Assembly (NCBI GenBank): GCA_041640595.1
Contig: JBEPZY010000002.1
Span: 38,532 to 102,531 of the forward strand
Length of the DNA: 64,000 nt
Reading direction: 5' to 3'
Source of the DNA: Gemmatales bacterium
Lineage (GTDB): Bacteria > Planctomycetota > Planctomycetia > Gemmatales > HRBIN36
The notes beneath the pieces were generated by a model. The model was given only the letters and a program-made list of their open reading frames with translations. It was not told where the DNA came from and made no database searches. Positions 42,032 through 52,758 of this stretch are shown one piece after another; within the stretch, counting starts at the first letter, position 1, and each line of letters starts with the position of its first letter. The translations under genes and the position numbers were made by a program.

Positions 42032-43660
42032 ATGTGTGGGAAGCTGCGAGGCAGAATGGCAACGGTGATGTTGGTTGGGATGATGCTCGGCATAGCGAGG
42101 GTTTTCCTCGCGGCCCAGGAACCGCCCGAACAAGAGGCGAAGCCTGTTGCCCAAGCGCCGGCGGAACAAAAGCCGACACCCTTGCCGGAGGCCATTGAAA
42201 AAGCCTGGGCCGCTGCCGGAGCCGAAATCGGCTGGATGCGAATACGAATGCAAATTGATGAGCAGCTCTGGCGCGCTCCTGGGTATACGCTCATGTTCGT
42301 GCCCCGAGATGAGGGTCAGAAGGGGGACATTCCCGCGTTTCGGCTTCGGGCTTGGCAGGCGGGGTTGCTTCCTAAGCTCCCAGAACCACAAGTCCCCTTT
42401 GGTCTGGACCTCACCGAGCTACCGTTGACCGACAGATGGCTGGTGGATTTGCGAGATCTGAAGAATCTGCAAGCATTGAATTTGGGCGGCAGGCAGGTAA
42501 CGGACGCGGGGCTGAAGGAACTGGCGGCACTGAAGAACCTGCAATGGCTGAACCTGTGGGGCGCGCGGATAACGGACGCGGGGCTGAAGGAACTGGCGGC
42601 GCTGAAGAACTTGCAATGGCTGAGCCTGGGCTGCACGCAGATAACGGATGCGGGGCTGAAGAAACTGGCGGCACTGAAGTACCTGCAATGGCTGGACTTG
42701 TCCCGGACGCAGGTAACGGACGCGGGGCTGAAGGAACTGGCGGCGCTGAAGAACTTGCAATGGCTGAGCCTGTGGGGCGCGCAGATAACCGACGCGGGGC
42801 TGAAGGAACTGGCAGCACTGAAGAGCCTGCAAACGCTCTACTTGGCGGCCACGAAGATAACGGACGCGGGGCTGAAGGAACTGGCGGCACTGAAGAACCT
42901 GCAAGGGCTAGACTTGGCCTTCACGAAGATAACGAACGTGGGGCTGAAGGAACTGGCGGCACTGAAGAACTTGCAAGGGCTGGACTTGGCGGCCACGAAG
43001 ATAACGAACGCGGGACTCAACGAACTGGCGGCACTGAATAACCTGCAATGGCTGAGCCTGTGCGAAACGAAGATCACCGACGCGGGGCTGAAGAAACTGG
43101 CGGCATTGAAGAACTTGCAATGGCTGAGCCTGGGCGAAACGAAGATAACCGACGCGGGGCTGAAGGAGCTGGCGGCACTGAAGAACCTGCAATGGCTGAA
43201 CTTGGCCTGGACGCAGATAACCGATGCTGGGCTGAAGGAACTTGCCGGACTGAAGCTGAAAGACTTGTCAATCCCCGACGCTGCTCAAACCGACCTGGGG
43301 CTGAAGCATTACCTGGCGCTGATCGAACGGCCGACGACATTGGACTTGAGATGCTGGCGAGTGACGGACGCGGGGCTGAAGGAACTGGCGGGACTGAACA
43401 ACCTGCAAACTCTGAACCTGAGCAAGACGCACATAACCGACGCGGGGCTGAAGGAGCTGGCCGGACTGAAGAACCTGCAATGGCTGAGCCTGGCATGCAC
43501 GGAGATAACCGACGCGGGGCTGAAGGAACTGGCGGCACTGAACAACCTGCAGGTATTGTTCCTCAACGAGGGCGTAACCGGACCTGGGGTCGAGGAATTG
43601 CGAAAGGCACTCCCGAAATGCGTCATCGACAGACTCGTCCCATTCAGGACCGGCGACTGA
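42032..43660 (+). CDS. Secreted leucine-rich-repeat protein A (24-aa LRRs)
   Basis: AAGGAG RBS; signal peptide; about 15 repeats LKELAALKNLQxLxLxxTxITDAG; C-cap VEELRKALPKC. Confidence 0.92.
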   Translation: MCGKLRGRMATVMLVGMMLGIARVFLAAQEPPEQEAKPVAQAPAEQKPTPLPEAIEKAWAAAGAEIGWMRIRMQIDEQLWRAPGYTLMFVPRDEGQKGDIPAFRLRAWQAGLLPKLPEPQVPFGLDLTELPLTDRWLVDLRDLKNLQALNLGGRQVTDAGLKELAALKNLQWLNLWGARITDAGLKELAALKNLQWLSLGCTQITDAGLKKLAALKYLQWLDLSRTQVTDAGLKELAALKNLQWLSLWGAQITDAGLKELAALKSLQTLYLAATKITDAGLKELAALKNLQGLDLAFTKITNVGLKELAALKNLQGLDLAATKITNAGLNELAALNNLQWLSLCETKITDAGLKKLAALKNLQWLSLGETKITDAGLKELAALKNLQWLNLAWTQITDAGLKELAGLKLKDLSIPDAAQTDLGLKHYLALIERPTTLDLRCWRVTDAGLKELAGLNNLQTLNLSKTHITDAGLKELAGLKNLQWLSLACTEITDAGLKELAALNNLQVLFLNEGVTGPGVEELRKALPKCVIDRLVPFRTGD

Positions 43661-44334
43661 CGCTGGCGTCTAGGAATTGCGAAAGGCGCACCCGAACTGC
43701 GACATCAGGAAGAAGATAAAGCCCGCCGCTTTTCAGGCAACTATACGGTCGAACCAGAGCATGGTCGCGCCGCTCACTCGCAAGATTGGCGGTTGGCGAA
43801 TCGCCGCAGAACCGCCTCGCTTGGGCCAGGGTCGAAGCTGGCGCCCGACCGCAACATTGGCGGTTGCCGAATCGCCGCAGAACTGCCACACCTGAGCCAG
43901 GGTCGAAACTGGCGTTGTCGAGGCTCCACCGGTTGTGCGGATGTTTGTGCACCTGAGCCAGGGTCGAAGCCGGCGCCCGACCGCAACATTCGCCGTTGGC
44001 GATCGTCGGAGAGGTGCCTGAGTCACGGTCGAAGCCGGCGTTGTCGTGGCTCCGCCGGTTGTGCGGATGTTTGTGCACCTGAGCCAGGCTCGAAGCTGGG
44101 CACCCGCTGCAAGATTCGCGCTTGGTGAATCGGCGCAGAGCCGGTTAAGGGTGGGCCAGGGTCGAAGCTGGCGCCCGACCGCAAGATTCGCGCTTAGCGA
44201 GTCCGCAGCCCCCGGGCTGCCACGAAGCGGCCCGCATCGCCGACTGCTGAAGCAGCGCGCATTACAATGACAGCAGCGGGCAGGCAACCGGTAAACGGTT
44301 CCCATCACCGAGCCGCAGGAGGAAAGACATGAGC
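43658..44334. repeat. LRR inter-gene spacer 1: relic C-cap, GCCAGGGTCGAAGCTGGC repeats, TACAAT and RBS
   Basis: Core repeat at about 43831, 43902, 43963, 44028, 44089 and 44161 with two alternating linker types; homologous to 45405-46005. Confidence 0.85.
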
Positions 44335-45462
44335 GTGTATCGGTTTCTGACCTTATGCGGCACAGCGGCACTGCTGCTGATTTTCTGTAGCGCCAAGAAC
44401 CCGGCACAGCAGCCTGGCTTGCAAAAGCCGACACCCTTGCCGGAGGCCATTGAAAAAGCCTGGGCCGCTGCCGGAGCCGAAATCGGCTGGATGCGAATAC
44501 GAATGCAAATTGATGAGCAGCTCTGGCGCGCTCCTGGGTATACGCTCATGTTCGTGCCCCGAGATGAGGGTCAGAAGGGGGACATTCCCGCGTTTCGGCT
44601 TCGGGCTTGGCAGGCGGGGTTGCTTCCTAAGCTCCCAGAACCACAAGTCCCCTTTGGTCTGGACCTCACCGAGCTACCGTTGACCGACAGATGGCTGGTG
44701 GATTTGCGAGATCTGAAGAATCTGCAAGCATTGAATTTGGGCGGCAGGCAGGTAACGGACGCGGGGCTGAAGGAACTGGCGGCACTGAAGAACCTGCAAG
44801 GGCTAGACTTGGCCTTCACGAAGATAACGAACGTGGGGCTGAAGGAACTGGCGGCACTGAAGAACTTGCAAGGGCTGGACTTGGCGGCCACGAAGATAAC
44901 GAACGCGGGACTCAACGAACTGGCGGCACTGAATAACCTGCAATGGCTGAGCCTGTGCGAAACGAAGATCACCGACGCGGGGCTGAAGAAACTGGCGGCA
45001 TTGAAGAACTTGCAATGGCTGAGCCTGGGCGAAACGAAGATAACCGACGCGGGGCTGAAGGAGCTGGCGGCACTGAAGAACCTGCAAGGGCTGAGCCTGT
45101 ACAAGACGCGGGTAACGGATGCGGGGCTGAAGGAACTGGCAGGACTGAAGAACCTGCAATGGCTGAACCTGGCCTTGACGCAGGTAACGGACGCGGGACT
45201 GAAGGAACTGGCCGGACTGAAGAACCTGCAATGGCTGAACCTGGCCTTGACGCAGGTAACGGACGCGGGGCTGAAGGAACTGGCAGGACTGAGGAACCTG
45301 CAAACGCTGAGCTTGGCGTTCACGCAGGTAACGGACGCAGGGCTGAAGGAACTGCCCGGACTGAAGAGGTTGCAGGTATTGGTCCTCTACGAGACGAACG
45401 TGACCGACGCCGGCGTTGGTGAATTGCGAAAGGCGCTGCCGAACTGCTACATCCGGAGATAA
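44329..45462 (+). CDS. Secreted leucine-rich-repeat protein B (paralog of A)
   Basis: AGGAGG RBS; different signal peptide; N-domain identical to A; 10 LRRs; C-cap VGELRKALPNC. Confidence 0.92.
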   Translation: MSVYRFLTLCGTAALLLIFCSAKNPAQQPGLQKPTPLPEAIEKAWAAAGAEIGWMRIRMQIDEQLWRAPGYTLMFVPRDEGQKGDIPAFRLRAWQAGLLPKLPEPQVPFGLDLTELPLTDRWLVDLRDLKNLQALNLGGRQVTDAGLKELAALKNLQGLDLAFTKITNVGLKELAALKNLQGLDLAATKITNAGLNELAALNNLQWLSLCETKITDAGLKKLAALKNLQWLSLGETKITDAGLKELAALKNLQGLSLYKTRVTDAGLKELAGLKNLQWLNLALTQVTDAGLKELAGLKNLQWLNLALTQVTDAGLKELAGLRNLQTLSLAFTQVTDAGLKELPGLKRLQVLVLYETNVTDAGVGELRKALPNCYIRR

Positions 45463-46005
45463 AGCCCGCCGCTTTTCAGGCAACTACACGGTCGAACCAG
45501 AGCATTTTGGCCCCGCTCACTGGCAAGATTCGCGGTTAGCGAATCGCCGCAGAGCCGCCTCACCTGAGCCAGGGTCGAAGCTGCAGCCCGACCCGCAAGA
45601 TTCGCGCTTGCCGACCGCCGCAGAGCCGCTTGAGTCACGGTCGTAGCCGGCGTTGTCGTGGCTCCGGCAGTTGTGCGGATGTTTGTGCACCTGAGCCAGG
45701 CTCGAAGCTGGCACCCGACCGCAACATTCGCGCTTGCCGATCGCCGCAGAGCCGCCTGAGCGTGAGCCACGGTCGAAGCTGGCGTTGTCGTGGCTCCGCC
45801 AGTTGTGCGGATATTTGTGCACCTGAGCCAGGCTCGTAGCTGGTGCCCGACCGCAACATTCGCGCTTAGCGAGTCAGCAGTCCCCGGCCTGCCACGAAGC
45901 GGCGCGCATCGCCGACTGCTGACGTAGGGTGCATTACAATGACAGCAGCGGGCAAGCGACCGGCAAACCGTTTCCACCACCGAGCCGCGGGGGAAAGACA
46001 TGAGC
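45463..46005. repeat. LRR inter-gene spacer 2, ending in RBS plus ATGAGC with no LRR gene behind it
   Basis: Collinear with spacer 1 up to GAAAGACATGAGC (ATG at 46000); the frame closes after 22 codons. Confidence 0.82.
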
Positions 46006-46064
46006 ATCGGCCCATTTGCACGCAGCCTTGGAGCTGTCAGTCATGTGCAACCGTTTCGCACGGG

Positions 46065-48749
46065 CTAGCGCCTGGCGCGAACGTAGAGAATCGCAAACAG
46101 GCCGACGAATCCGGCCAGCGTCAGCGTTGCCAGCCAGGCGAACGATTGCCCTGGACGATGCCGAACATCCCGCGGGAAATGGCGTTCGGCAATATCCGGC
46201 GGACGCATGGGTGCCGGCTGGTTACCTTGCCGCTCGGTGTTATTCTCGCGCTCCATAGCGTCTGCTTCCAGCACCACCATACCTTCATAGGCCCAGCGGG
46301 TCGGCATGAAACGGGAGACGAACTGCATTATGTCATGCATCTTGCCAATCGGCATCATGGCCCCACCCAGCACCACCATGGGGATCAGCACCAGCGGCAA
46401 CAGTGCGACCGCCATCTCCGAAGTGCGAGCCAGTGCCGAGATACTCAAACCCATAGCCAGCCCGGCCAGCGCTGCTGTCAGGGTGAATCCGTACATCGCG
46501 GCCAGATTCGCCTTCCAGCTACACGGCAGGGAAACCAGCAGCAGTAACACCAGACATTGCAGGAGGCATAGCCCGCCGAGAATAGCCAGCTTGGAGAGCA
46601 GATACGGCCACAGTTGCAAACCGACCATGCGTTCGCGGCGGAAGATCGCCCACTCGCCAACAATTTCACGCACCGCGTTGGAACAGCCAAACCATATTGC
46701 CGAAAGCCCCGTCAGGAAAAGCGTCAGCGGTTTGGCCTGCAAATAATCCTGCGGCTGGCTGCTGGAGGCATTACGTCCAAAGACCAGGGCGACAAGCATA
46801 GCCACCGCAGGAGCTTGTGCGATCAGCACGGCGCTGCCCCAGGTGTCGCGGCATTTGACACGAAAACAGCGGCGGATCAGCGTCCAGGCTTGCATCCAGC
46901 CAGGGGGACGGAGCGAGTCATCCGCCGAGGCTGGCTGGTGGCGTTCAGCTACCCGTTGCTGCTGCAATTCCACACGGCGACTTTCGACAAAGTCGCGGTA
47001 ATACTTCGATTGCCGGTACGTTTGTGCCCACTGGCTTGCCGGTCGCTTGCTCAAACCCCGCAGGATTTCGTCGGGCAGCGGATCCGCCCCCGGTTTGAGG
47101 TTCGGTATGCCCTGGGGATTGAAAAAGTGCACCGCGTCCGGATATGCTGGGCCGTAATAAACCAGTTCGCCCGGCCCTGGGCTGTTGCGATCTTTGGCGA
47201 TCAGAATGAGCTGGTCGAAGAGCCGATACACATCGAGGCCCGGCTGGTGGATGGTGACCACGACGGTTTTGCCACTGTCGGCCAGCTTACGCAACGCTTC
47301 CACCACCAGCAAAGCGTCCTCGGATGAAAGCCCGGAAGTCGGCTCATCGAGGAAAAGCACCAGCGGATCGGTAAGCAGTTCCATCGCCAGGTTGACGCGT
47401 TTTCGCTGACCGCCGCTGATCCCTTTGCGTTCCGGCGAACCGATCAGCACATCCTCGCAGCCTTCCAGGCCCAGCTGGGCGATGACCGTTTTGATTCGCT
47501 GGTGAATTTCCGCATCGGTATAGTCCGGCGGCAACCGCAGCCGCGCCGAGTAATACAGCGCTTCCCGCACCGTCAATTCGCGGTGCATGATGTCGTCCTG
47601 GGGCACGTAGCCCATAAACGGAGAAAAGCGGGCGTAATTGTCGTACAAACTTTCGCCATTGAAAAGCACCTCGCCCTGACTCGGCCGCAAATAGCCGCAC
47701 AGACACATCAGCAGCGTGGTTTTGCCGGCACCGCTGGGTCCCATCAGAGCAACGAGTTCGCGGGGAAACAGGGTCAGGGAGATGTCGCGGATGAGCCATT
47801 TGTCGCCGACACGCACGCCGACCTGCCGCGCCTCCACCACCAGCCGTTCGCGGTAGTTCCACTGTTCGAGCCGACCGTCCGGACTGATCCGCAGACAATG
47901 CGTCCCGATCTGCACCTGGTCGCCCGGTCGCAGTGCCACATTGCCCTGCAGTGGTCGGCCATTGACGAAGACGCCGCGTGCCGGACCCTGCGCTTGCAGC
48001 AGAAAGCCATTCCCCTGCTGCACCAGTTGCGCGGCCTGACGACCGAGCCAGGGATCGGCTCCGGGTTGCTGACGGCCCAGGATCAGCGGCTCGTTACGCG
48101 GTGTAACCAGCCCGGGACGCGATGGCCATTGCAGCAAACTGGCCACCGGCACCCGCAACGTTCCCAAAAACACCACATCCTGCGGTGAAACCCGCGCTCG
48201 CTGCACCCGCTGGTACACATGGTTCACCGCCGTACCGTTGTACGATTGCAAATCCTCGATGTACCAGCCGTCCGCCGTCTGCACCAGTCGGGCGTGATAC
48301 CGCGACACCGTGGGATTTTCCAGCACCACATCATTGTCCGGCGCCCGGCCGATACGGATGACACGACCGGCACCTATTACGGGAACCTGCGGCGCATTGG
48401 CTGGAGCAGGCGGGGGCGAAACCGGATTCGGCCTGGCGGCGACTGGGACATCCGGCGGAGCGACGGTATCGTCAGCCTGGGTGCCCCCTTCGCTTTCGGC
48501 ACGCAGGCTCGGCCAGGGAAACGGCACGCTGTTGGCCAGCAAAATTCTGTCCCCAGGCCGCACGGTTACCGTACCGTGGATCCGCACCCCGTTGACAAAC
48601 GTCCCGTTGGTCGAACCCAGATCCCGCAACAACCAACCTGCTTCGGTGCGTATCAGCTGACAGTGTCGGGCAGAAACCTGCGGGTCATTGACCACGATAT
48701 CGCAGTCCGGCGCCCGCCCAATCACCCACTGCCGCTTCCCCACGGCCAT
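46065..48749 (-). CDS. FHA-domain ABC transporter (Rv1747-like: FHA-FHA-degenerate FHA-NBD-ABC2 TMD)
   Basis: GRAPDCDI..VSARH..STNGTFVNG; GRAPDNDV..VSRYH; GPSGAGKTT; ISGGQRKR; LFLDEPTSGL; six TM helices. Confidence 0.93.
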   Translation of the reverse strand: MAVGKRQWVIGRAPDCDIVVNDPQVSARHCQLIRTEAGWLLRDLGSTNGTFVNGVRIHGTVTVRPGDRILLANSVPFPWPSLRAESEGGTQADDTVAPPDVPVAARPNPVSPPPAPANAPQVPVIGAGRVIRIGRAPDNDVVLENPTVSRYHARLVQTADGWYIEDLQSYNGTAVNHVYQRVQRARVSPQDVVFLGTLRVPVASLLQWPSRPGLVTPRNEPLILGRQQPGADPWLGRQAAQLVQQGNGFLLQAQGPARGVFVNGRPLQGNVALRPGDQVQIGTHCLRISPDGRLEQWNYRERLVVEARQVGVRVGDKWLIRDISLTLFPRELVALMGPSGAGKTTLLMCLCGYLRPSQGEVLFNGESLYDNYARFSPFMGYVPQDDIMHRELTVREALYYSARLRLPPDYTDAEIHQRIKTVIAQLGLEGCEDVLIGSPERKGISGGQRKRVNLAMELLTDPLVLFLDEPTSGLSSEDALLVVEALRKLADSGKTVVVTIHQPGLDVYRLFDQLILIAKDRNSPGPGELVYYGPAYPDAVHFFNPQGIPNLKPGADPLPDEILRGLSKRPASQWAQTYRQSKYYRDFVESRRVELQQQRVAERHQPASADDSLRPPGWMQAWTLIRRCFRVKCRDTWGSAVLIAQAPAVAMLVALVFGRNASSSQPQDYLQAKPLTLFLTGLSAIWFGCSNAVREIVGEWAIFRRERMVGLQLWPYLLSKLAILGGLCLLQCLVLLLLVSLPCSWKANLAAMYGFTLTAALAGLAMGLSISALARTSEMAVALLPLVLIPMVVLGGAMMPIGKMHDIMQFVSRFMPTRWAYEGMVVLEADAMERENNTERQGNQPAPMRPPDIAERHFPRDVRHRPGQSFAWLATLTLAGFVGLFAILYVRARR

Positions 48750-48854
48750 GTGCAGATCCTCACCAATCCCGTGAACCTGTTCCGCATCTTACGAAATCCA
48801 GCCGCCCGCAGGCCCAGTGCCTCTCGCTACAAATCGCCTCCACCGCAAGCGAGC

Positions 48855-51835
48855 TTATTCCACATTCAGGTTACCACCACGATTGCCTTCCAGAATATTT
48901 GGTCCCAGCAGCGGCTTGGCCCCCTTCCTTACGTAGATGCCGTTGTCCCCATTGTTGCGACAGATGTTGTTACGCGCAATGCCGCCGGCACTGCCGAAAT
49001 ACGCGATGCCGCTTTGCGTATTCCTTTCGCAGGTGTTGCCTTCGAGGGTCGGCTGCGCCTGGCCACTTAACGCGATGCCGTGCAATCCATTGTTGCGGCA
49101 GACACAGTTGCTCACCATTCCCCGAGCTGTTCCCATCAAACGTATACCGGTACCAACACCCTCGGCTTTCTCGCCGATGTCCCACAAACGCACCGTTTTG
49201 TCCCAGCTTCCCGAAACGACGTATTTGCCGTCGGGCGTAACCGCGACGCTCCAGACCGCATCCACGTGCCCCGTGAACCGCCGCACTTCTTTACCCGTCG
49301 CCAAATCCCATAAGCGCACGGTGTTGTCTCCGCTTCCCGAAACGATGTATTTGCTACTGGGCGTCATCGCCACGCTCCTGACTGCCCTCGTGTGCCCCGT
49401 GAACCGCCGCACTTCTTGCCCCGTCGCCAGGTCCCACAGACGCACCGTATTGTCCTTGCTTCCCGAAACGGCGTATTTGCCATCGGGCGTCACCGCGACG
49501 CTCCAGACCGCATCCACATGCCCCGTGAACCGCCGCACTTCTTTCCCCGTCGCCAGCTCCCATAAACGCACCGTGTGGTCCCAGCTTCCCGAAACGACGT
49601 ATTTGCCATCGGGTGTTACCGCCAAACTCAAAACGGTACCCTCGTGCCCCGTGAACCGCCGCACTTCTTTCCCCGTCGCCAGCTCCCACAAGCGCACGGT
49701 GTTGTCCACACTTCCCGAAACGACGTGTCGGCCATCGCGGGTGACCGCCAAGCTACTGACCCAATTGTTGTGCCCCGTGAACCGCCGCACTTCCTGCCCC
49801 GTCGCCAGGTCCCACAAGCGCGCGGTCTTGTCCTTGCTTCCTGAAACGACGTATTTGCCATCGGGCGTCACCGCCAAGCTACTGACCCAATCCGCGTGCC
49901 CCATAAACCGCCGCACTTCTTGCCCCGTCGCCAGCTCCCACAAACGCACCGTGTTGTCCCTGCTCCCGAAACGACGTATTTGCCATCGGGGGTCACTGCG
50001 ACAGTCTCAACCATATCCTTGTGCTCCGTGAACCGCCGCACTTCTTTCCCCGTCGTCGGGTCCGACACCGCCCCAGAGAAATGACAATTGCGAATCGTAA
50101 TCACGCCGCTATCCACCACGACAACATCCGCCGGCTTGTTGCCGACATGCTCAAGGGACAGGTTTTCCAGCGTCCACTGGCAGTCACCTGTGAATTTAAT
50201 GGCAAATTCCGGCTCCGAGGACAACAGAGTGGTTTTGTCTGGGCCGGCGCCGCGAATGGTAAGAGACTTGTTGACGAGGACGGACTGCGTCAGGGTGAAA
50301 CGTCCGGCAGGCACTTCGATGGTGTCTCCGGGTTGAGCACGGGCAACCGCTTGTTCGAATGTGAGATTGTTTTGCCCAACTCGCCAGATTCGCTCGCGAG
50401 GTTCGATGGAAGGAGAAGGAAGAGTGTCAAGACCTCCCCGGTTCATCGAAGGCCGGGATTCGGAACCACCTGTTGGCCCAGTAGGTACAGTTGCAGTGCC
50501 GGCAGGGTCTGGCGACGGCCCGGAGCCAGGCACTTGCTGCGCAGAATCAGGGCTGGACCTTAGATGGCCTACAAACATAGCAAGCAGCAACATCCCGGTA
50601 ATGAACACGCCGCCGGCAACGACGACGCCGAGCACCACAGGCTGGCTCAGCATCCGTTTCAGCCCCTGGAGGGGCGTCGGTTCCTGCTCCATTATCCGGC
50701 GAAGCGGAGCGGGAGCGGGAAGTGCGTCTGCTGGACTGCCAAAACCTTCAGCACGTGAAACACCACCTGGCTCGGCTGGGAGAGGCGAAGCGGCGACCTT
50801 TGGTGCGAGACCAGGCCCAACCGGAGCGGGAGTGTCTCCCGACGCCGGCCGGGCCTTCGCTGGTGCGATAACCGGGGGAGGCGTTCCCGCAGCTACGGTG
50901 GGCATCACCCGGGGCGACGGCCTGTCGCCTGCCGCAGCACCAGCTCCGGATGGCCGCGCCGGGCTCTTCAGCGTGGCCGGACTTCTCACAAACCCCACCC
51001 GCACAGCTTTCGCAAACTCCGTACAGCTGGGGAATCGCTGATTCGGGTCGCGTGCCAGACCCCGCGCCACCGCTTCGGCCACGCCTGTCGGGGCGCCGCA
51101 TCGCGAGTCCAGCCGTTCCGCCTCCGGCCCTTGCAGCGATTGAATCAGTGCTCCCAGTGAACTCGCGTCATAAGGATGCTGGCCAGTAAACGCTTCGTAC
51201 ACAATCACCGCCAGCGCATACTGGTCGGCTCGACCGTCGTAAGGCCGACCCAGGATCAGTTCCGGCGCCATGTACGGCGGCGTACCCAAGGCCGTGCCGG
51301 TTGCCGTCAATTTCGTGCGTGCATCTACGCTGGAACCTTCCTGAACCTTGACCGCCCCCAAATCGGTCAGATACGCGACTCCCTGCTCATCGAACAGCAC
51401 GTTGTCCGGCTTGACGTCGCGGTGCACCACATTCTGAGCATGCAGATAATCCAGCGCGGCAGCAATCTGCGCCAGCCACGGGAAAAGGTCGTCCGGACCC
51501 CTGGCCAGCTTTTCCTTGAGCCGCTGGCGTAAGTTGCCCCCGGACAGGTACGGCATCACAAAAAAGGGGATGCGTTTATGTTCGCCGACATCCAGCACCG
51601 GAACGATGTAGGGATGGCGTAACTGCAACAGCGCCTGCATTTCCCGCTGGAACCGCTTGAAGAAAGCCGGGTCTTCCAGCAGAGCAATGCGGGGCGTCTT
51701 CAGGGCAACGGTCTTACCGGATTGCAGGTCGGTGGCGCGATAGACGGTGCCCATGCCCCCTTCGCCCAAACGGTTGGTGATACGGTAACGGTCAGCGACC
51801 GTCTCCCCTTCCCAGTTGAGACGCACGCGTGCCAT
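48855..51835 (-). pseudogene. Ser/Thr kinase-TM-beta-helix-WD40x7-beta-helix fusion with a 1-nt frameshift (pseudogene or sequence error)
   Basis: Kinase motifs LGEGGMGTV, HRDVKPDN, GTPPYMAPE. The first WD40 unit reads GCTCCCGAAAC at about 49964 where sister units read (G/A)CTTCC(C/T)GAAAC. Adding one base joins ORFs 49868-51835 and 48855-49949 into about 993 aa. Confidence 0.85.
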
Positions 51836-51887
51836 GTTTCGCTCCTGGGTGAACTACCGGTCGGGCTTATTCTACCAGTCGGCCAAT

Positions 51888-52600
51888 CACTGTCCAACGG
51901 TTGCCCATCGCCGGCAAGTGGGAGCTAGCTGTGCGTCCTTGCCACTGTCCAACGATTGCCCGGCCCCGGCAGATGCGCTTATTTGGAGCGGCCGGCCCGG
52001 GGTAACGTGTGTCTGGCGACTGTAGTGGTTGAGCCGGTGGATAGAGTTGAAGTTGCTGAGGCCCACGGTAACCTGGGTCTGGCGACTGACCCGTTGAGCT
52101 GCGGTCGCAAGATGCAAAACGGAGGAACGGCCTTTACTGCGGTAACTTGTGGCTGCCGATTGGTTCCTTGAGCTGGCGGCGAGTGTCAGCGTGCTATCAG
52201 CCACTTGAGACTACCCTCTGACCAATGTCCACTGCCACGGATCGCAGGTCAGGCAACTCAGGGCAGGCTGCTCTTCCTGCCTTGATATGAGGGTAGTTTA
52301 ATCCTGCAAAAAGGTACAACTGGGTCAGATAACTCAGGTTAGGCTGCCCTTCCTGCTGGGGCATGACTGGCCACCGATCACCGCCCGCTGACCACAGGGC
52401 CAGATCCTGGTTGCTTCTCGGACTCAGCAGATTAAGGGCATGCTACGGGCTTCCTGCACCAGGGGCAGGTCGTGGTTGCTTCTCGGACTCGACCACCGGC
52501 GCGATTGGCCACCGATCACTGGCCACTCATCACCGCCACTGACCACGAGCCACCGACCACCAGCCACTGATCACCGGCCACCGATCACCGGCCACTGATG
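51888..52600. repeat. Intergenic patch of short local duplications and heptamer-like tandem repeats
   Basis: CACTGTCCAACG.TTGCCC at 51888/51943; GGTCAG..AACTCAGG..AGGCTGC.CTTCCTGC at 52247/52323; TGGTTGCTTCTCGGACTC at 52408/52473; CCACTGA/TCACCGG/CCACCGA heptamers at about 52505-52600. Confidence 0.75.
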
Positions 52601-52758
52601 ATGGGGACGCGATCACCGGTGAAATCGCTGGGCGCGTGGAATGCCGTGCCCCGCTGCCAAGGTTGGGCAGTCCGATTTCGTCGGAGCTGTGATGGCCTCG
52701 CGGCGGGTTGGAAGTTGTAGCAGGACGGCCAGGAGAAGCCGTGCGATACTAGCTCAGG

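Noticed and set aside
43790..44200. CRISPR or integron attC array in the LRR spacers
   Set aside because: Linkers alternate between two repeated types rather than being unique, and no RYYYAAC/GTTRRRY ends or integrase are visible.
51887..52204. 105-aa minus-strand ORF as a four-helix-bundle gene remnant next to heptamer repeats
   Set aside because: No recognisable conserved motif or RBS; the similarity was too weak to support.
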